A stretch of DNA of 64,000 bases from Botryllus schlosseri (lineage: Eukaryota): contig CM119371.1 of assembly GCA_051294905.1 (NCBI GenBank), forward strand, positions 31,622,001-31,686,000, written 5' to 3'. This document shows, piece by piece, positions 50,640-64,000 of the stretch. Below the pieces are notes generated by a model. It saw nothing but the letters and a program-made list of their open reading frames with translations. It did no database searches and was not told the origin of the DNA. The position numbers and the translations under genes were made by a program. Numbering within the stretch: position 1 is the first letter of the stretch; every line of letters begins with the position of its first letter.

Positions 50640-52420
50640 CTAAAATTACCACTATGCTACTCAAAAGATTTGTTGTTCTAAACATAGACGATATGAGGAA
50701 GCTACAAATTGACAAGTTTATGTATCAGTGTCATTGCGGTCAATGTCTCTCGAATTTCAACGACTACTTCACCGCGGAGTCAAAGGCACACAGGTACAGC
50801 ACACGCGCGTCAACGAAGAACAATTACCATATGATCAGGAAGGAATAGGCTACAAAAGACGCATTGCTCTATTAAGTATGCCGGACCCCAATTGTGGAAC
50901 AGCATCTCGCCGGCTATCCGACAGTCGTCGAGCATGTCCGCATTCAAGTCGAAATACAAGCAATTTCTTCTAAACCAGTGGTTTCCAACGTGGGCGATAT
51001 CGACCCCCAGGGGGCGATTTGGCAGTCTGGGGGGGGGGGCGAAAATAACGAAGGGGCGATATGGGGGCGAAAACGGACGAAGGGGGTGAAAACAACGAAG
51101 GGGGCGATGACGCGTTAAAACGGCTTTATTGGAGTCGGGGCCGTAACTACCGCACCCCAAATCCCCAATTGGGGGTCGGGGGCCCGAATCCGAAGGAAGC
51201 CCAAAATTATTTCGTGAATTAACATGAATGATAGAGTAATTTTTTGGAAATTCATGCGACGTTTTTTAAAAACATTTCGCGCCATGCGCGATTTTATATT
51301 TTCATGTATCTTGATGTTGGGTTCCCCGTCACCCAACAAAAATCCTGATGTTTTTTGGAAATGGGAGACTTCGTCGTCGGCCATTACTGCGCCACGACGC
51401 ACCAAGACATATGAAGTTAGAGGCCATGTAACATGCAACTCCGAGAAGTGTGCCAGAACGATCAGCAGCGAGAAGACCTTGGCCGAAAAGGAATGCTCTT
51501 GTTGACCGAAAACTTCGATGTATATACAATATACATATGTTTAATTGTCCATAGCCGCCTCAATGGCTGGCGTTGAATGTTCCTGTCCTGGCGACCTTAA
51601 CCCTACAGGACAAATGCCATCCCGCAAGGAAAAAATTATTTGCCTGTAACGAAATACCAATATGAGATCATGTGCGTCTTTTAGTTTGGTACGTTTTGAC
51701 GATTTCCATATCTTCTGACATAGCAGATATAGAAGGTCACGCAATAGCATCATGTAAAGAAGTCAATATAACAACGATTCCGCCCGAAGCTGTTCAATTA
51801 TTATTTAGGGGTCCTACCTTTTCAAAAATACCACATCGACCATATTGACCGATTCAAACATGAATTATATAAATTTGTCGCGCTTCGCGCGTTTAGGCGA
51901 AATATGGTGACTCACCAAACAGTACATGAAATAGGAAATAGCTGATATGTAGCGACAAAAATCCCACTGGCTGAGGGGGCCTGGGGTTTGGTTAATCACC
52001 CTATGGGGCCAAAGACCAACGTTTTTTTTCGGGGGGGGAGGGGGCTGACGAAGTGCTGTTTTTCGGTTCCCAATATTTGGGGGCGATGATCGGTGTGAAG
52101 CTTCAAAAGAGGGCGATGAGTCGAAAAAAGGTTGGGAACCACTGTTCTAAACGAATACTTGCCAGCCTTCAGGATTACAGGACCCCGACCTGACATAGAC
52201 CTCGCCTTCCACCACATGCCACCTCATTTTGTCGCTTGCGTCTTATATTCTCAACATTACATTTCATTCAGTGTGCATGCCTCCTCTTTAGTTCGCCTAG
52301 GCCAAGGTGGGTGTCTGATCTTAAAGACTACTCCAAGTTGTACCTTCCTCTCTTTTCATTGTATCGCAGTTCTGTGGTCTTTTAAAACGATGAAAATATT
52401 AAATAAAACTGACTGGCTGA
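50640..52420 (+). mobile_element. 3' fragment of a CR1/L2-group (Crack-like) LINE, interrupted by a hAT element
   Basis: LNIDDMRKLQIDKFMY..FNDYF..HRYSTR and YAGPQLWNSISPAIRQSSSMSAFKSKYKQFLLN. The 3' UTR resumes at 52153 and ends with AATAAA and a (CTGA)-like tail. Confidence 0.75.
50976..52144. mobile_element. Non-autonomous hAT with an internal copy of the 55020-56362 family in reverse orientation
   Basis: CAGTGGTTTCCAAC...GTTGGGAACCACTG ends. Perfect TSD TTCTAAAC. Confidence 0.9.
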
Positions 52421-53192
52421 TGCTCACCGCCACATAGTTGACCTCTATGGGTTGCAAGATTTGAAGGTAACACACATATGGAATGTCGACCATTTTTTCC
52501 TCTTTTACGGCGGCAGGATGTTCCCGCGATGTCCATATCTCCATTCGTCCACGGCAGTTCATCCGTCCCATCACTAATGCAATGCAGAATTGGTTAAATG
52601 TTCGGAAGTGGTGGTAGAAATTATAGATACCATGTTGAATTTGTATCGAGTCGTTACGGTTTATGATTTAGATTCGACTACTTGCTTTGGCAATTCTGAA
52701 ATACATACCTTCCAAATAAAGCCAGTGTTGATACCCTTAAAGTCAGTGAAATGATAATCGTACTTACGACAGGTGGGATACTAGACTTTAACGAAACTTT
52801 TCAGTAGAAGATAATTGGAGAAACTTTTCCGTCTACCTGCAATGCTTTCGCCCATCACAGTACAGCTCCATCCGCAAACATCTTGAACCGTAGTCGCAAG
52901 AGAATTCGTTAGAATGACATGACGAACCTGGAGGAAATATATCGAGTAAAGAGATAAATCCAAACGCCACAATTGTAAACATGCAAAACAATCTTTCGGA
53001 TAAAATTGCCAATTGAGTTGAATCTGAATGTTATCGCACACAAATGTCTATATATCATCGATTTAATACGTATCCGCATGCAGGGGACAACACATCTTAC
53101 TGATAGATCCAGCTTATCAAATATCTCATGAATACTACCACTACATTCTAAAAAAATGATATTGAACACTTCTTAAATATCAGGCTTTAGCT

Positions 53193-54189
53193 CAGGGGTA
53201 GCCAACCTTTTCGGCCAAAGGGCTACATGAGATTTACGAGCCATTGCGCGGGCCACTTGAATATTACTTTCATTTTAGTAGTCATCCAATAAGAGCGAAC
53301 CGGATTAGGTAACGGTGAAAACAAGACATATATTACTCCGCATCAAAACCGATAACAATTATCTCATTAAAACTCATTGTACATTAATGCCATATCCGCA
53401 CGAAGCGCGAAAATTATTGAAAGTTATTGAATGAATTCGGTCAATAACAATAGTACTTGTATATATTACGGATCGTCTCTGTATACCGCTGGGCTCATTT
53501 GGTAAGGACTGGATAAGTCGGGGATAGGGCATGTCAATATCGAAGCTTTCGATCATGTGTCTCATTTTGTGCCAAGGTGTCATCGCCAACAATCTTTCTG
53601 CGAGTTTAGACGCGAAGTCGCATGTTGGACGACACGTTCTCTCATAGTTGCGAATTAGAGCTATACTCAATTCTATAAATTGGGCGTATTTTAAATTTTC
53701 AGCAGGGGTACCAATACTAAAAGCAAGTAATCGAGTGACAATAAATCGCGCGAAGCGCTACGAAAAATACCAAGTCAAATAAGTCTGCCGTGAAATATTT
53801 TACTTCGTGGTCTGGTCATATACGAAGATCTACGAAATATGTGGCTGGCCCCTGGCTACTCCAATGCGTCGGAACAGATATTTTAGTCATCAATATCCCG
53901 CATTTCCAGGGAAGAGATTGACTAGATGGCCGTTCGGTCGTATCGTCCTTTCCCTGTTCGTACCGATTATTTGAAATTTTCAAGTTTTTCTTGTGATACG
54001 AAACTAATAAATGATCTATGTATCGAGGTCAGGCTAATCAAATTTTTGATCAGCCTTGCAAGTTTACAATAAATCACCTGGGTTATTTATTTTTGATATT
54101 ATAATTAATTTCGAGAATTACCTCGTGGGCCAATCAAAACCTTCTCGCGGGCCACATGTGACCCGTGGGTCACGGATTGTCCTCCCCTG
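53193..54189. mobile_element. Non-autonomous hAT (Charlie/Buster-like)
   Basis: CAGGGGTAGCCAACC...CCTCCCCTG ends. Perfect TSD CTTTAGCT. Confidence 0.88.
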
Positions 54190-54586
54190 CTTTAGCTATT
54201 CTTTTTGAAGATCAATCTGTGTTTCCAACATTGCCTACCTTAATTATCAGTCCATGTATACACCATATATTGTCCGTATTATGCTGTACGACCAGTAATC
54301 ATGGCATCATTAGTACGGTTTCCAAAGGTTTTAAAATAACAAGGAAGCAGAGTAGCATTGATTTTCATATCGCAATGTCCGCACCCACTGCGGAAAGTAT
54401 ACAGTTACCTTCACAATCTAAGGCGCTCGCTGGTTCTCCCTCCGGCAGCATGCATACGCGTCCACCCCAGTAAACCGTTTTGCGACAGAAACCAACGTTG
54501 GAGTTGTATTTGATACTGTTGTTGAACAATTTATGATCCGACTTGTCTCTGAACAGAAACAGTGCATGGACATCCTTGGTCTAGCC

Positions 54587-56635
54587 CAGTGGTTCCCAAC
54601 CTTTTTCGATGGCAGGGCCAAATTTAGAATTTCAGAGTACGGCCGGGGCCGCACGAATACCAGGGCAATGAAAAGAACCCAAAATAGTCACCAAAATATG
54701 AAAATTGGCATTGTTCCGATCATTCGCTTGACGCCATTGGCCATTGTGTTGCCGCGCTCCCGTTGTTCAGAACAATCAACCTTTGCTGGCTATTTCGGAG
54801 TAGTTTTATTGCCCTGGCGAGATTTCAATTCGTATTTTTGGAATCAGTGCGACACTTGCTTTCGATAAACACCGATATATCAAATTATTCGGACGCTTGG
54901 GTCGCGAGCTATAGGACGACCAATTATGCTGCTTTTTGCCGGCTAAGCAGTATGCATCTCGGCGTATTTAATCGTGAGTCGCTTGTTGCACATCTATCCG
55001 TAAATAAGTTAACAATACCCAGGGCCGTAACAGCACCCCCCCTCCCCCCCCCCCAAAAAAAGAAACGTTTCTCTTGGGCCCCTTATAGGGTGATAGACCG
55101 AACTTCGAAGCCCCCAGACCCCCTGAGGCTAGGTGGGTGTTTACCGCTATTTATCATCTACATCGGATGTGCGTTTTAGGCAGCTTCTCACGACAAATCG
55201 CGTAAAGCGCGAAAAATTTCTCTAATTCATGATTGAATCGGTCAATATAATCGGGAATTGCATATATATTGGTATCAATTTTTATCCTCTCTCTGCTCAC
55301 GTACTCATAATGGCCGGTTGAGCCGAGTGAGTTGTATTTAAAAAGGTAGGACCACTCAATAATAATTAAACATCTTCGGGCGTATACCCGGTGGCAGGAA
55401 CGAAACAGCACTTCGTCAGGCCGCCCAGAACACTTAGGTCTTGAGCTTCCGTAGGGTGATAAACCGACCCCCCGTGCCGTTGTTCGCTACTGCCGCGAAA
55501 TCAGGATCCCCGTTTAGTGAGCCAGCGCCGTGCGCGAAAATTTTCGATAATTCAAAATAAAATAGGTCAATAGTATCGGGAATTGCATATATATATTGCT
55601 ATCAATTACTTCTCCTCTCTGCTCACGTAGTCAGATTTACCGGTAGAGCTGAGTGAGGTGTCTTGGAAACTGTAGGGCCCGTAAATAATAATTAAACATA
55701 TTCGGACGGGCGGACGCGTTGGCACGACTTCGTTACATGATGTTATTTGTTATTTCGTGACCTCAAGTCTGCTATGTCAAAAAATATAGAATCGCCCAAA
55801 CGTACTAAACTAAAAGATGCACACGATTTCAAATTGGTAGTTCTTCACTGGCATATAATTCTTCCCTGCGGGATGGTAGCCTATTTGTCTCGTGACGTTC
55901 AGATTGCCAAGACAGGAACATTCGGCACCAGTCATTTAGGTGCCTATGGTCAATTATACCTATATGAACTTTGAATATACATAACGAAGTTTTCGGTCAG
56001 CGTAAGGGCAGTCCTTTTCGGCCAAGGTTTTCTCGCTGCCGATCGTTTTCGCACACTTCTTGGAGTCGCATGTTACATGGTCTAAAACTTTATATGTCTT
56101 CAATGCGGCGTAGCGCGGCAATGGCTAACGCTGATATGCCCACTTCTACAAATCTTGCATATTTTATCTTGGTCGAAGAGTACCCAATAATAAGGTACTT
56201 GGAAACTTGAAATCGCGCGCAGCGCAAAAAATCTTTTAAAAAGCTGCATAAAATTTCACAAAATACTCTATAATTTATGCTAGTTCACTAAATAATTTAG
56301 GGCCCCCTTCGAGCTCGCTCCCCCCCAATTGGGGGGCTTGGGGTGCGGTACTTACGGTCCTGTCAATACCTCTAACTATACCTATATCTAGAGGTACTGA
56401 CCGTTCAACCGGAAAATTAGGGCACATTGCATTGAAACAGCAGTGACGTAATCTTAGCAGTCTACTCACAACTTGCCTGCAATCCTAATTGAAAACTCCA
56501 GACTCCGAGCCAAGCAAGAGTATTTTATAAATATACTTTTTTTCATAGATCGATTTCTCAATATTTTTGTGGGGGCCGCAAGAAGGCTAGCTGGGGACCG
56601 CATGCGGCCCTCAGGGCCGCGGTTGGGAATCACTG
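54587..56635. mobile_element. Non-autonomous hAT with a nested hAT (55020-56362)
   Basis: Outer CAGTGGTTCCCAACC...GGTTGGGAATCACTG with perfect TSD GTCTAGCC. Inner CAGGGCCGTAA...TTACGGTCCTG with TSD acaatacc/tcaatacc. Confidence 0.9.
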
Positions 56636-57874
56636 GTCTAGCCTAAAGACGCTGTGAGCACAGCGACGTAGAGGAGGAAAATCTCAGACAACCTCGGACG
56701 CTAAGAAACTTGCTACTATACCAAGAATTACCGCCGGCCTCCGCCGTCAATGGTGGTGGTACACTATCTCGCCCACATATAATAGCATTTTTGGCGGTGT
56801 CAACTACGCAAAAGGTCATCGCTCGGGCAACTGGCCCTTGATGTTAAGGTTTGGCCCAACGTGTTGACCATTCAACTAGTCACCCTCATTAAAACCGAGG
56901 GCTGTACAGTGCAACATCAGACAGTGATGGCGTTTTTCTGTTCTTTCATTAGTCGCCACCATGTCACACCTTAGACATATATGGAGTATTGGACATTTTA
57001 CACCAGACCATTATTGCTTATTATGATTCCTTAAATGCCAAGTTATACCACGGCCAACTATTCTCCAGACTTTTTTGTGACAAACTACTTATGCATTACG
57101 GATGGAGGGGATGAGTTGAGATAAACCTCCAGCACTTAGTAAGGGTTTCTGGAGACGACCTCTGACGGACTCAAGCCGTGACCAATTTGTGTGTCAGTGG
57201 TGCAACGTTTCACTGCATTACTCTCCACTCAGACTAATCGAAGTGCTATGAGGTGACGCCAAAGATTTTCCCTTTGATAGGGCGTCGCGTGGTCGAAAAG
57301 ACTGAGAACAACTGCAATATACCAATCAGTACCATACCTTATTAGCTCAGACTGTCGTTAGGAAGGGCATCCGCCGAAGAAACTACAATCATAGTGTCCT
57401 ATGTCGTGGACACAGCGAGACTGAATGGCTCGCTGCTCTTGGGTTACGTCATACTTTTCATTTAACAAAAGGCAACTTTACGGCCATTTTTGACCGGCTT
57501 GCCGAGCGCTAAATTCGATAAAACGGGTATCAATGAAAAGCTGCTGTAGTAGCCTGCTGATTACGAAAACATACATTTTATTCTGTCCGTGGTACTGGAA
57601 CCCCCAAAATCAGCGTCGAGATTTGCATTGTGATCGAGTTCGGCATTGTGACGCAGCAGTGCAGTCTGGGTATTTATTCTTAGCTTCACTCTCGTTTTGC
57701 CAGATAACGCAAAAGTGGTGTCTTACAAAAGCCTGGAGGTGGGCCGTGCTATAAGTCGGCAGTTACGGAAAATAATGAACAATATCGGCCTGGTGTAAAT
57801 GACCATAGTAGTCGACAAACACCATGAATACTACAAAACAAACAAATACCGAAACGTACAAAGTAGCATACCGA

Positions 57875-57971
57875 CAAATTGGAAATCCTACTTCGAGATT
57901 ACAGAAAGAATTCTTCTCAATACAAAATGATCCGTCCGAACATTGGAATTCATCTGCACGGCAGGGTGTCG
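57875..57971 (-). pseudogene. Degenerate LDLa exon of the 91-nt type
   Basis: CAG|..TPCRADEFQCSDGSFCIEKNSFCNLEVGFP. The last Cys is lost and there is no GT at the 91-nt position. Confidence 0.6.
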
Positions 57972-58587
57972 CTGTCAATATAAACGCATGTTTCTTCATT
58001 CATTCGTTGTTGATGTTGTTGTTATTGTTGTTATTGATTGTATTCATGTTGTTTGTCGACTGCAATGGTCATTATCACCAGGACGATATCCCATATTTTG
58101 CTACCGTAGCTGCCAACCTGTAGCACGGCCAACTTTGAGGCTTTTTAATACTCCGCTTAAACGGATGAGGAGTTCTTGTTGTTGTTGTTTTGTGGTGGGG
58201 TGGGGTGTAACAAAATTATGATGGTATTTAAAGTATTCAAGTGTCCTGATACCAATTCAGTCTGCAATTGCTACAAAAAGTGACAAATCCGCGTAAAACA
58301 CACACAGCCTTTTGGTGTCAACATAAATGCGCAGTCCGCATCTTCTACAACGGTTTGCTATCTCGAATACTGTCAAATGATTGAAGCAGATGCAATCTGA
58401 CGGCACTACTGGCTCGCCATAGAAAGACTCGGGCTTGTTGATTCGACGTCCTTCTGTGATTTCTCGCGAGATAAGTTGAATTAAGCGTTCCGTTAATAGA
58501 CAATCAGAAATATCATATGGGGATATTCGTTGATGCTTCGGTGGTGTTTGAAGACCTGACGCAGAAGCAATTAAAGGGAAAACATAC

Positions 58588-58760
58588 CTGCACATATCTT
58601 CTCTTTGTGTCGTACATGATTTGGTGGCAGTACGCAGACTGGAGTTACGCGACCGCGAATGAACTTTGATAGGGCTTTTTTACTTCGACAGAAGATTACG
58701 TCGTCGCTGTACCTCATTGTATTATTCCTTAATGGTGGTTCGTCGGATCCGTCCCTATGA
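58588..58760 (-). CDS. LDLa-like exon fragment (paralog of ~62448-62610)
   Basis: RDGSDEPPLRNNT..VIFCRSK..VCVLPPNHVRHKEKICA|GTATGT. Confidence 0.5.
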
Positions 58761-58815
58761 GACATTTGAGAATGATCGAACCTCAATCTTGTTTCAATTT
58801 GTTCTGTTTAGTGTA

Positions 58816-59777
58816 GGGGAGATGTGGTACCGATGGATCAAAAATTGGAAAATGATCGCTGGCCCCAAAATGTTCAGCCAAAAAGAGCAGATCTTTTGCT
58901 GGCTCAGCACTTTGATACAAGCTCTACCTATCGCGTACATATACATGAATATCCGTTTTCTCAATAAATATTTATGGACGTTTAAAATTTGTTGCTCGAA
59001 CGTTTCATCGGTCCCCACCCGGTGGGTCCAATGGCACACGACCAGGGGACCTATGACACATATACCCTAAAAAACTCAGATGTGACAACTTTTTTTGCTC
59101 AGTAATATAATCTAAGCTACAGCAAGCCAAAGAAGAATTTTCGGTTGCAACCGTCTAAAAACAGATTAGATATTGACTTAAATGTTGTCATAAAATCACG
59201 TTTCGATTTAGGCTCGGACTTATAAATTTGAGGGTACATACATATTGCTCGAAAATCGACAGTGTGACTTCCAAAGACCTCGTTATAGCGATAAAACATC
59301 ATATGCAATTATTACATAAAGATTTTCTGTACGTAGTCATGTTTCATTTGTTTCATGATTAGTATTCTTGATTATTTTGCTTGATTTGGCTATTGTATCA
59401 TCGGTCCCCACCCTACTAATTTTGTACATGAATCGAAAAAAATTCCACTCAAGGTAAGTACTGAAAAAAATAATAGGTTCCATTATATAGCCTGATACAA
59501 GCCCTATACTTCACAATAAAAATGATTGCTGGTTTGTTCGTGTTGAAGGTTACAAAGAAAAATGTATATGTCGATCCAAATTTAGTTTACACCCCCCAAA
59601 ACAAAAAACATCTGTGAGAGACCCCATAGTTCGCGCACGTCGAATTTTTTTGTATGTGAGGAAAGATGTTGCCAGCATGCAATTGTAGACAAGTTCACGG
59701 AGTGTAATCATGGAATTATCATAGAGAATTTTCAAAGTATTTTCAGTCCCAGTGATCCATCGGTACCACATCTCCCC
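58816..59777. mobile_element. Non-autonomous TIR DNA transposon, copy 2 (962 bp, no nested insert)
   Basis: Same TIR GGGGAGATGTGGTACCGATGGATC and TA flanks as 29202-31157, with highly similar internal sequence. Confidence 0.92.
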
Positions 59778-60105
59778 TACGCCTAAAAGATATATCATTC
59801 ACAACAACTCCCATTGCGAAGTAATTAATGATGGAAATATGGTTTGGAACACATAGAAAATATGATAGATATACGAATAATCTTACGCAATGTCCCTCCA
59901 ACACATACCGAAATACTATGTAATTCACCAGAGATTTGTACGAAATGTCAATATATCTAAAGTTGCATCTATGAGTACTTGTGTTTTCAAATTTTACCAT
60001 TTCATCGCAGCGCCAACACACCACAAAGAATGGGAGTTCGTACCCACTTCCCATTCTTATATTAGATAATGTGATTATGGAGTCACTAACAAATAGCCTA
60101 CGTAC

Positions 60106-60196
60106 GGGCATTCGACATCATCATCGCAATAAGATTCTCCGGGAACGCACTGTGACCCATCTGAACAAGGGAATTCATCGTCCGTACATAATGTCT
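60106..60196 (-). CDS. 91-nt LDLa exon
   Basis: TTTCAG|..TLCTDDEFPCSDGSQCVPGESYCDDDVEC..|GTACGT. Confidence 0.75.
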
Positions 60197-60330
60197 CTGA
60201 AATGTAAATATGATAATATTGCTACCCTGTTCGTTCAACATAAGTCGATTCGACACATTTTGTATGTATAAAACAATAAAAGTTGAACTGATATTAAATT
60301 TCTAATCGGTATAACTAATAATAACTATTA

Positions 60331-62308
60331 CACTGGACAACAACAAAATTTCATCATGGTAGGTGAGAACGGTCTTAAGGTAAATCAGTGGGGCTGAGCT
60401 CGATGGCAATGACTTCTACAGATTGGCCCTATTTTTCTAGATATCACCGAAATTGGACTTTTATTCAAACTAGGTTACATTTTATCCTAACAGCATATAT
60501 TAAATGTTTTAGTAGGTCCGTCTTTACTGAAACCACGAGAATGTGGGAAATGTAAAACACAATTTGACCGGCGGGACAAAACTATGCTGCATAAATCTAT
60601 TCTTTTCCACATATCGAACACAAAAATACCCCATTTATTCGTATTTATGCGTATTTGTGACAATAAGCTTCCTATACCGATAAATGGGCTTGAAGTGAAA
60701 CAATACATAGTGCTCAGTAATTCGGTAATAACAAACCAAGTATGCCTGAACCTACAAAAAGACGACAATTTGTAAACACGCCCGAAATATACAAGGCAGG
60801 AATATTTTTCTTTACCAATGAGTATTCAAATCTTCTCATAGAAATAAATCAATATCGGGATGTGCATTAATGAAGTTCTTAGATGGAAATCCTGTTAATA
60901 ACTCAAATTAGCTTGAAGTCATCGGCCGGAAAGTCCTCTTGTGCGATTTTGATGGGGACGGATTCGCAATAGGCAGCTGGCAGTAAGCAGTCATAATGTA
61001 AGCATCCCAACTATCTTGATATCTCTCTTCCATATATTGGATTTATAGGATAAATCTTCAACCTCGCTCCTTATTAATATTTCTCGGGTTTTCGACGAAG
61101 CGATGATGCTGAACTTTTCTGCTCATGCTTATCCTTGATGCAACAACGTTCGTAAACATCACTTCCACGTGATCTTTTTTTTGCCGTTTCAACACAGGTC
61201 AATACCTTAGTTGTTTAGCTGATCTTGAGTAAAGGGAGTTATTCCACTCTGTATTCGTAATAATGTTGAGGAGTCGATGGTAATGGATTTTCTACAACAT
61301 GTACTGTTGCCATCTATATCTTTCACTACATCCTCCACTACATCCTCTAACGTTTCGTTGCATCATTCGAAATCAGATCTGGCAGGGACATTAAGCTGCA
61401 ATTGGAATTTCAGGGGAGTGGGTAATTCACTGTAAAGCAGAGTCAATGTTGAGGAAGTGCTATGAAATCTTGTTTTTGTTTAATCTTACATCTTGTTCAT
61501 GAAAAATATCACTAATCGTGGTACTCTTTGGCTCACACAAAACTACGCGGATTCCAAATTATACATCATTTATAGACTTTACCTCGACTCCACAAGCGCG
61601 AAGCTTCAGCCTAATGCTGACGGACCGTTTGCGGTGCCCGGTGTTCATCTTGATCTCTCAAATTCATGTCGAAGTACTCCTTGTAAGTGCACGTGGTAAC
61701 ATTTTACATATTGAATCGCTATTCTTGTTCAACTTGTTCCCGTTAAATAAGCAGCAAAAGAAACCTCGGTCATTACGACACTTTCTCTGTCTACCTATCA
61801 CTCAATTTTAACATACTCATTAAATCACCCATGAATTGAAAATTTTCAAAATGATAGCAAAGTATCTATCATTAAAAAGCGTCGGAAAGCATATTAAATT
61901 CGAGCCAACTAATCATCGGTGATGAGATAAGCGTCATTGACTGTTTCTGTAGCTTAAAGGAGGAGGGAGGTTAATTGACGTAATCTGTCGAATAAATAGT
62001 TTCTAAATCATAATTTTCGAGATGAAGCTAACTATTGCTTTATCAGTGCACTACAGCGAACATGTTAGTACTAGATGGGAGATGATATAAATTAATCTAC
62101 GCCCGTATTCACCTTCTCAAGCGCCAGTTAACCTGTATTACCCACAAACATACTATTTTTCATGGCATATGTAGGAAGAGGCGAAATTTCCGAAAATGGA
62201 GCCAATTTCACAAAAGTATTGCTATTTTCGGAGTCAACGACCTTGATATACCCCTAAATCTATCTCACATATCATGATATTTGAGAGAAAAAATTCTGTT
62301 GCCACGTG
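60331..62308 (-). mobile_element. Second Chapaev3-type relic, internally deleted
   Basis: TTA|CACTGGACAAC...GTTGCCACGTG|TTA. Minus-strand relics YKEYFDMNLRDQDEHRAPQTV, FGIRVVLCEPK, NIDSA..THSPEIP and YMEERYQDSWDAYIMTAYC. Confidence 0.75.
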
Positions 62309-62447
62309 TTAGCTGTTAATATCTGCAATAAAGTGTCACTGTGAGAGATTGAGGGAACGCGGATCTGGATGAGCGGGCTTGTTCATAGGAGGGATACTGT
62401 CCTTGACGACCCATGGTACACAGATTCATTTTGATCTCGTCCTTCTC

Positions 62448-62610
62448 ACCTGCACATAGTGTGTCAAACTGAGGCACAAATTTCGGCGGCAAAACACAGA
62501 TAAACGATCCCATATGTCCACGACAGAGAGTAGCATTGCGATCGTGCGATGAGTTATATCTCCTTAGGGGTGGCTCGTCGGATCCATCCCTTAATATTTT
62601 ACCGTTAGAA
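62448..62610 (-). CDS. LDLa-like exon fragment
   Basis: ILRDGSDEPPLRRYNSSHDRNATLCRGHMGSFICVLPPKFVPQFDTLCA|GTGAG. Confidence 0.5.
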
Positions 62611-63174
62611 ACAGCACACGTAACTATATTTCAGATAATTGAAAGAATGCCTACTAAACATTAGGTATTGCGTATACGGTCTCAGGTTATGAGCTACTTT
62701 ACTACAACCAGGGTTGCGAGCTCAAAAGTGGTGGAGGGCCCCATGTCCAGCTTAGTGGAATAGAAGTAATGTGTTGAATATAAGGTAAGCTATCAAGATA
62801 AGCGGTGAGCGACTGGTTTCCTAATAAGGTAGCACAGTGGCCATATCACGAGCCTAAATATACGTCTTCGCAGTACATTATACCATAACAGAGCTACCTA
62901 TATGCCGGATGCTATCATATGTTTTACTGAGATCTAGATGTGCATGATCATAAGACTGTGCATAACACCTAAAAATAACTGACAAGCGCGCATGCGGGCC
63001 GAAGAAGAGGTAAGTGAAGATCTACACGAACTTTGCAAACAAGTATTTCTGAGATCCCGATACTTTTGTGATCGGGCACTGTCGTTGCTAATCAACGTGT
63101 AGTCAAAGGCGGTATGGACAGGGCTCCAAGAAAAGTCACACGGGTCGCGCTTAGAGTTAATATGATAAACTTGA

Positions 63175-63238
63175 TAGTAGTGATTTCACGTAAAGTAGTA
63201 CTGATTTCACGTAAAGTTGTAGTGATTTCACCTAAAAG
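63175..63238. repeat. 21-bp tandem repeat x3
   Basis: Unit tagtagtgatttcacgtaaag. Confidence 0.85.
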
Positions 63239-63903
63239 TTGGTATTTGTCTATATGTTGAATTTGAATGTGTCGAATAACGAGGTGGGTGGTACGATTTC
63301 CTATTATGCATATTAATGCAGCAAAGTTACAGGGTTCCCACTCGATGATTGAGGGGATTTATTCGTAATCAAGTTGAATTTATTTCGCTCTGTTTGTTCC
63401 GTATGAATGATGACACACAAACTTTTGCTTCACATTTGTCAGTGGTACTTACATGCAATCTGGTTTTCCATTGCAGAATAACCGTCTTGAAATGCACTTC
63501 GAGCCATCAGAACACGAAAACTCCTGGCTTTTGCATGATGAGCCTTACAGAACGTATCAAGCTTATAGATCCCCTTACTCAACCACTAAACGATACTAGA
63601 GTGTAGTTAACAGTTCTCCGTAATCAAAGAATCTCGAGATTCCTCCTACTTGTAAAACAAATACACTGCGGATATTACGTATAGCCTAACTAACTTCTAA
63701 AGTGAGAAAATGATGCCTCAGTTCAATAATTCCAGTCTGTTTTTTCGTTTGTGTTATTCATGGTGTTTGTTGACTACTATAGTCATTTACACCTGACCGA
63801 TATTCTTTACTTCTACTCCGTAACTACCGACTTGTACCACGGCCTAATTCTAGGCTTTTTGTAAGACACCACTTACGCGGAGAGGGCGAGGAAGAGCCTA
63901 GAT

Positions 63904-64000
63904 CAGGGGGGTCAAACATACGGTCCGGGGGCCGCATCCGGCCCGCCAGGCGATTTTATCCGGCCAGCGAAGCAATTCTGAGTAGATTGAAAAATGTTTG
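63904..64000. mobile_element. Left end of a hAT (Charlie-like) element following a SINE copy; runs off the window
   Basis: CAGGGGGGTCAAACATACGGTCCG..GGCCGCATCCGGCCCG directly after the SINE body at 63745-63895. Confidence 0.7.

Noticed and set aside
27790..62610. Naming the LDLa genes as GRL101/RXFP-like GPCRs or LRP
   Set aside because: No 7TM, LRR or YWTD sequence was found in the window, so no gene symbol is supportable.

Overview
Repeat-dense animal genomic DNA (AT-rich, spliced genes; an ascidian-like invertebrate is my guess, not proven). The dominant structure is a 13,957-bp near-perfect palindrome (13425-27381) with two 6,808-bp inverted arms around a 341-bp spacer. It has AGTAGT...ACTACT termini and a perfect 6-bp target-site duplication (ATCGGG), the signature of a Polinton/Maverick insertion. 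I found no intact gene in it, only probable decayed capsid relics. One relic runs from the left arm through the spacer, so the element looks like an integrated copy-back (snap-back) defective Polinton genome. It sits inside an older Chapaev3 transposon. The rest of the window holds a minus-strand tandem array of partly decayed genes with LDL-receptor class A (LDLa) repeats, a 5'-truncated Penelope element with a minimal hammerhead ribozyme, a second Chapaev3, a CACTA-like element, many hAT-type elements with 8-bp TSDs, a tRNA-derived SINE family and a LINE 3' fragment. All homology calls were made by eye; no searches were run.
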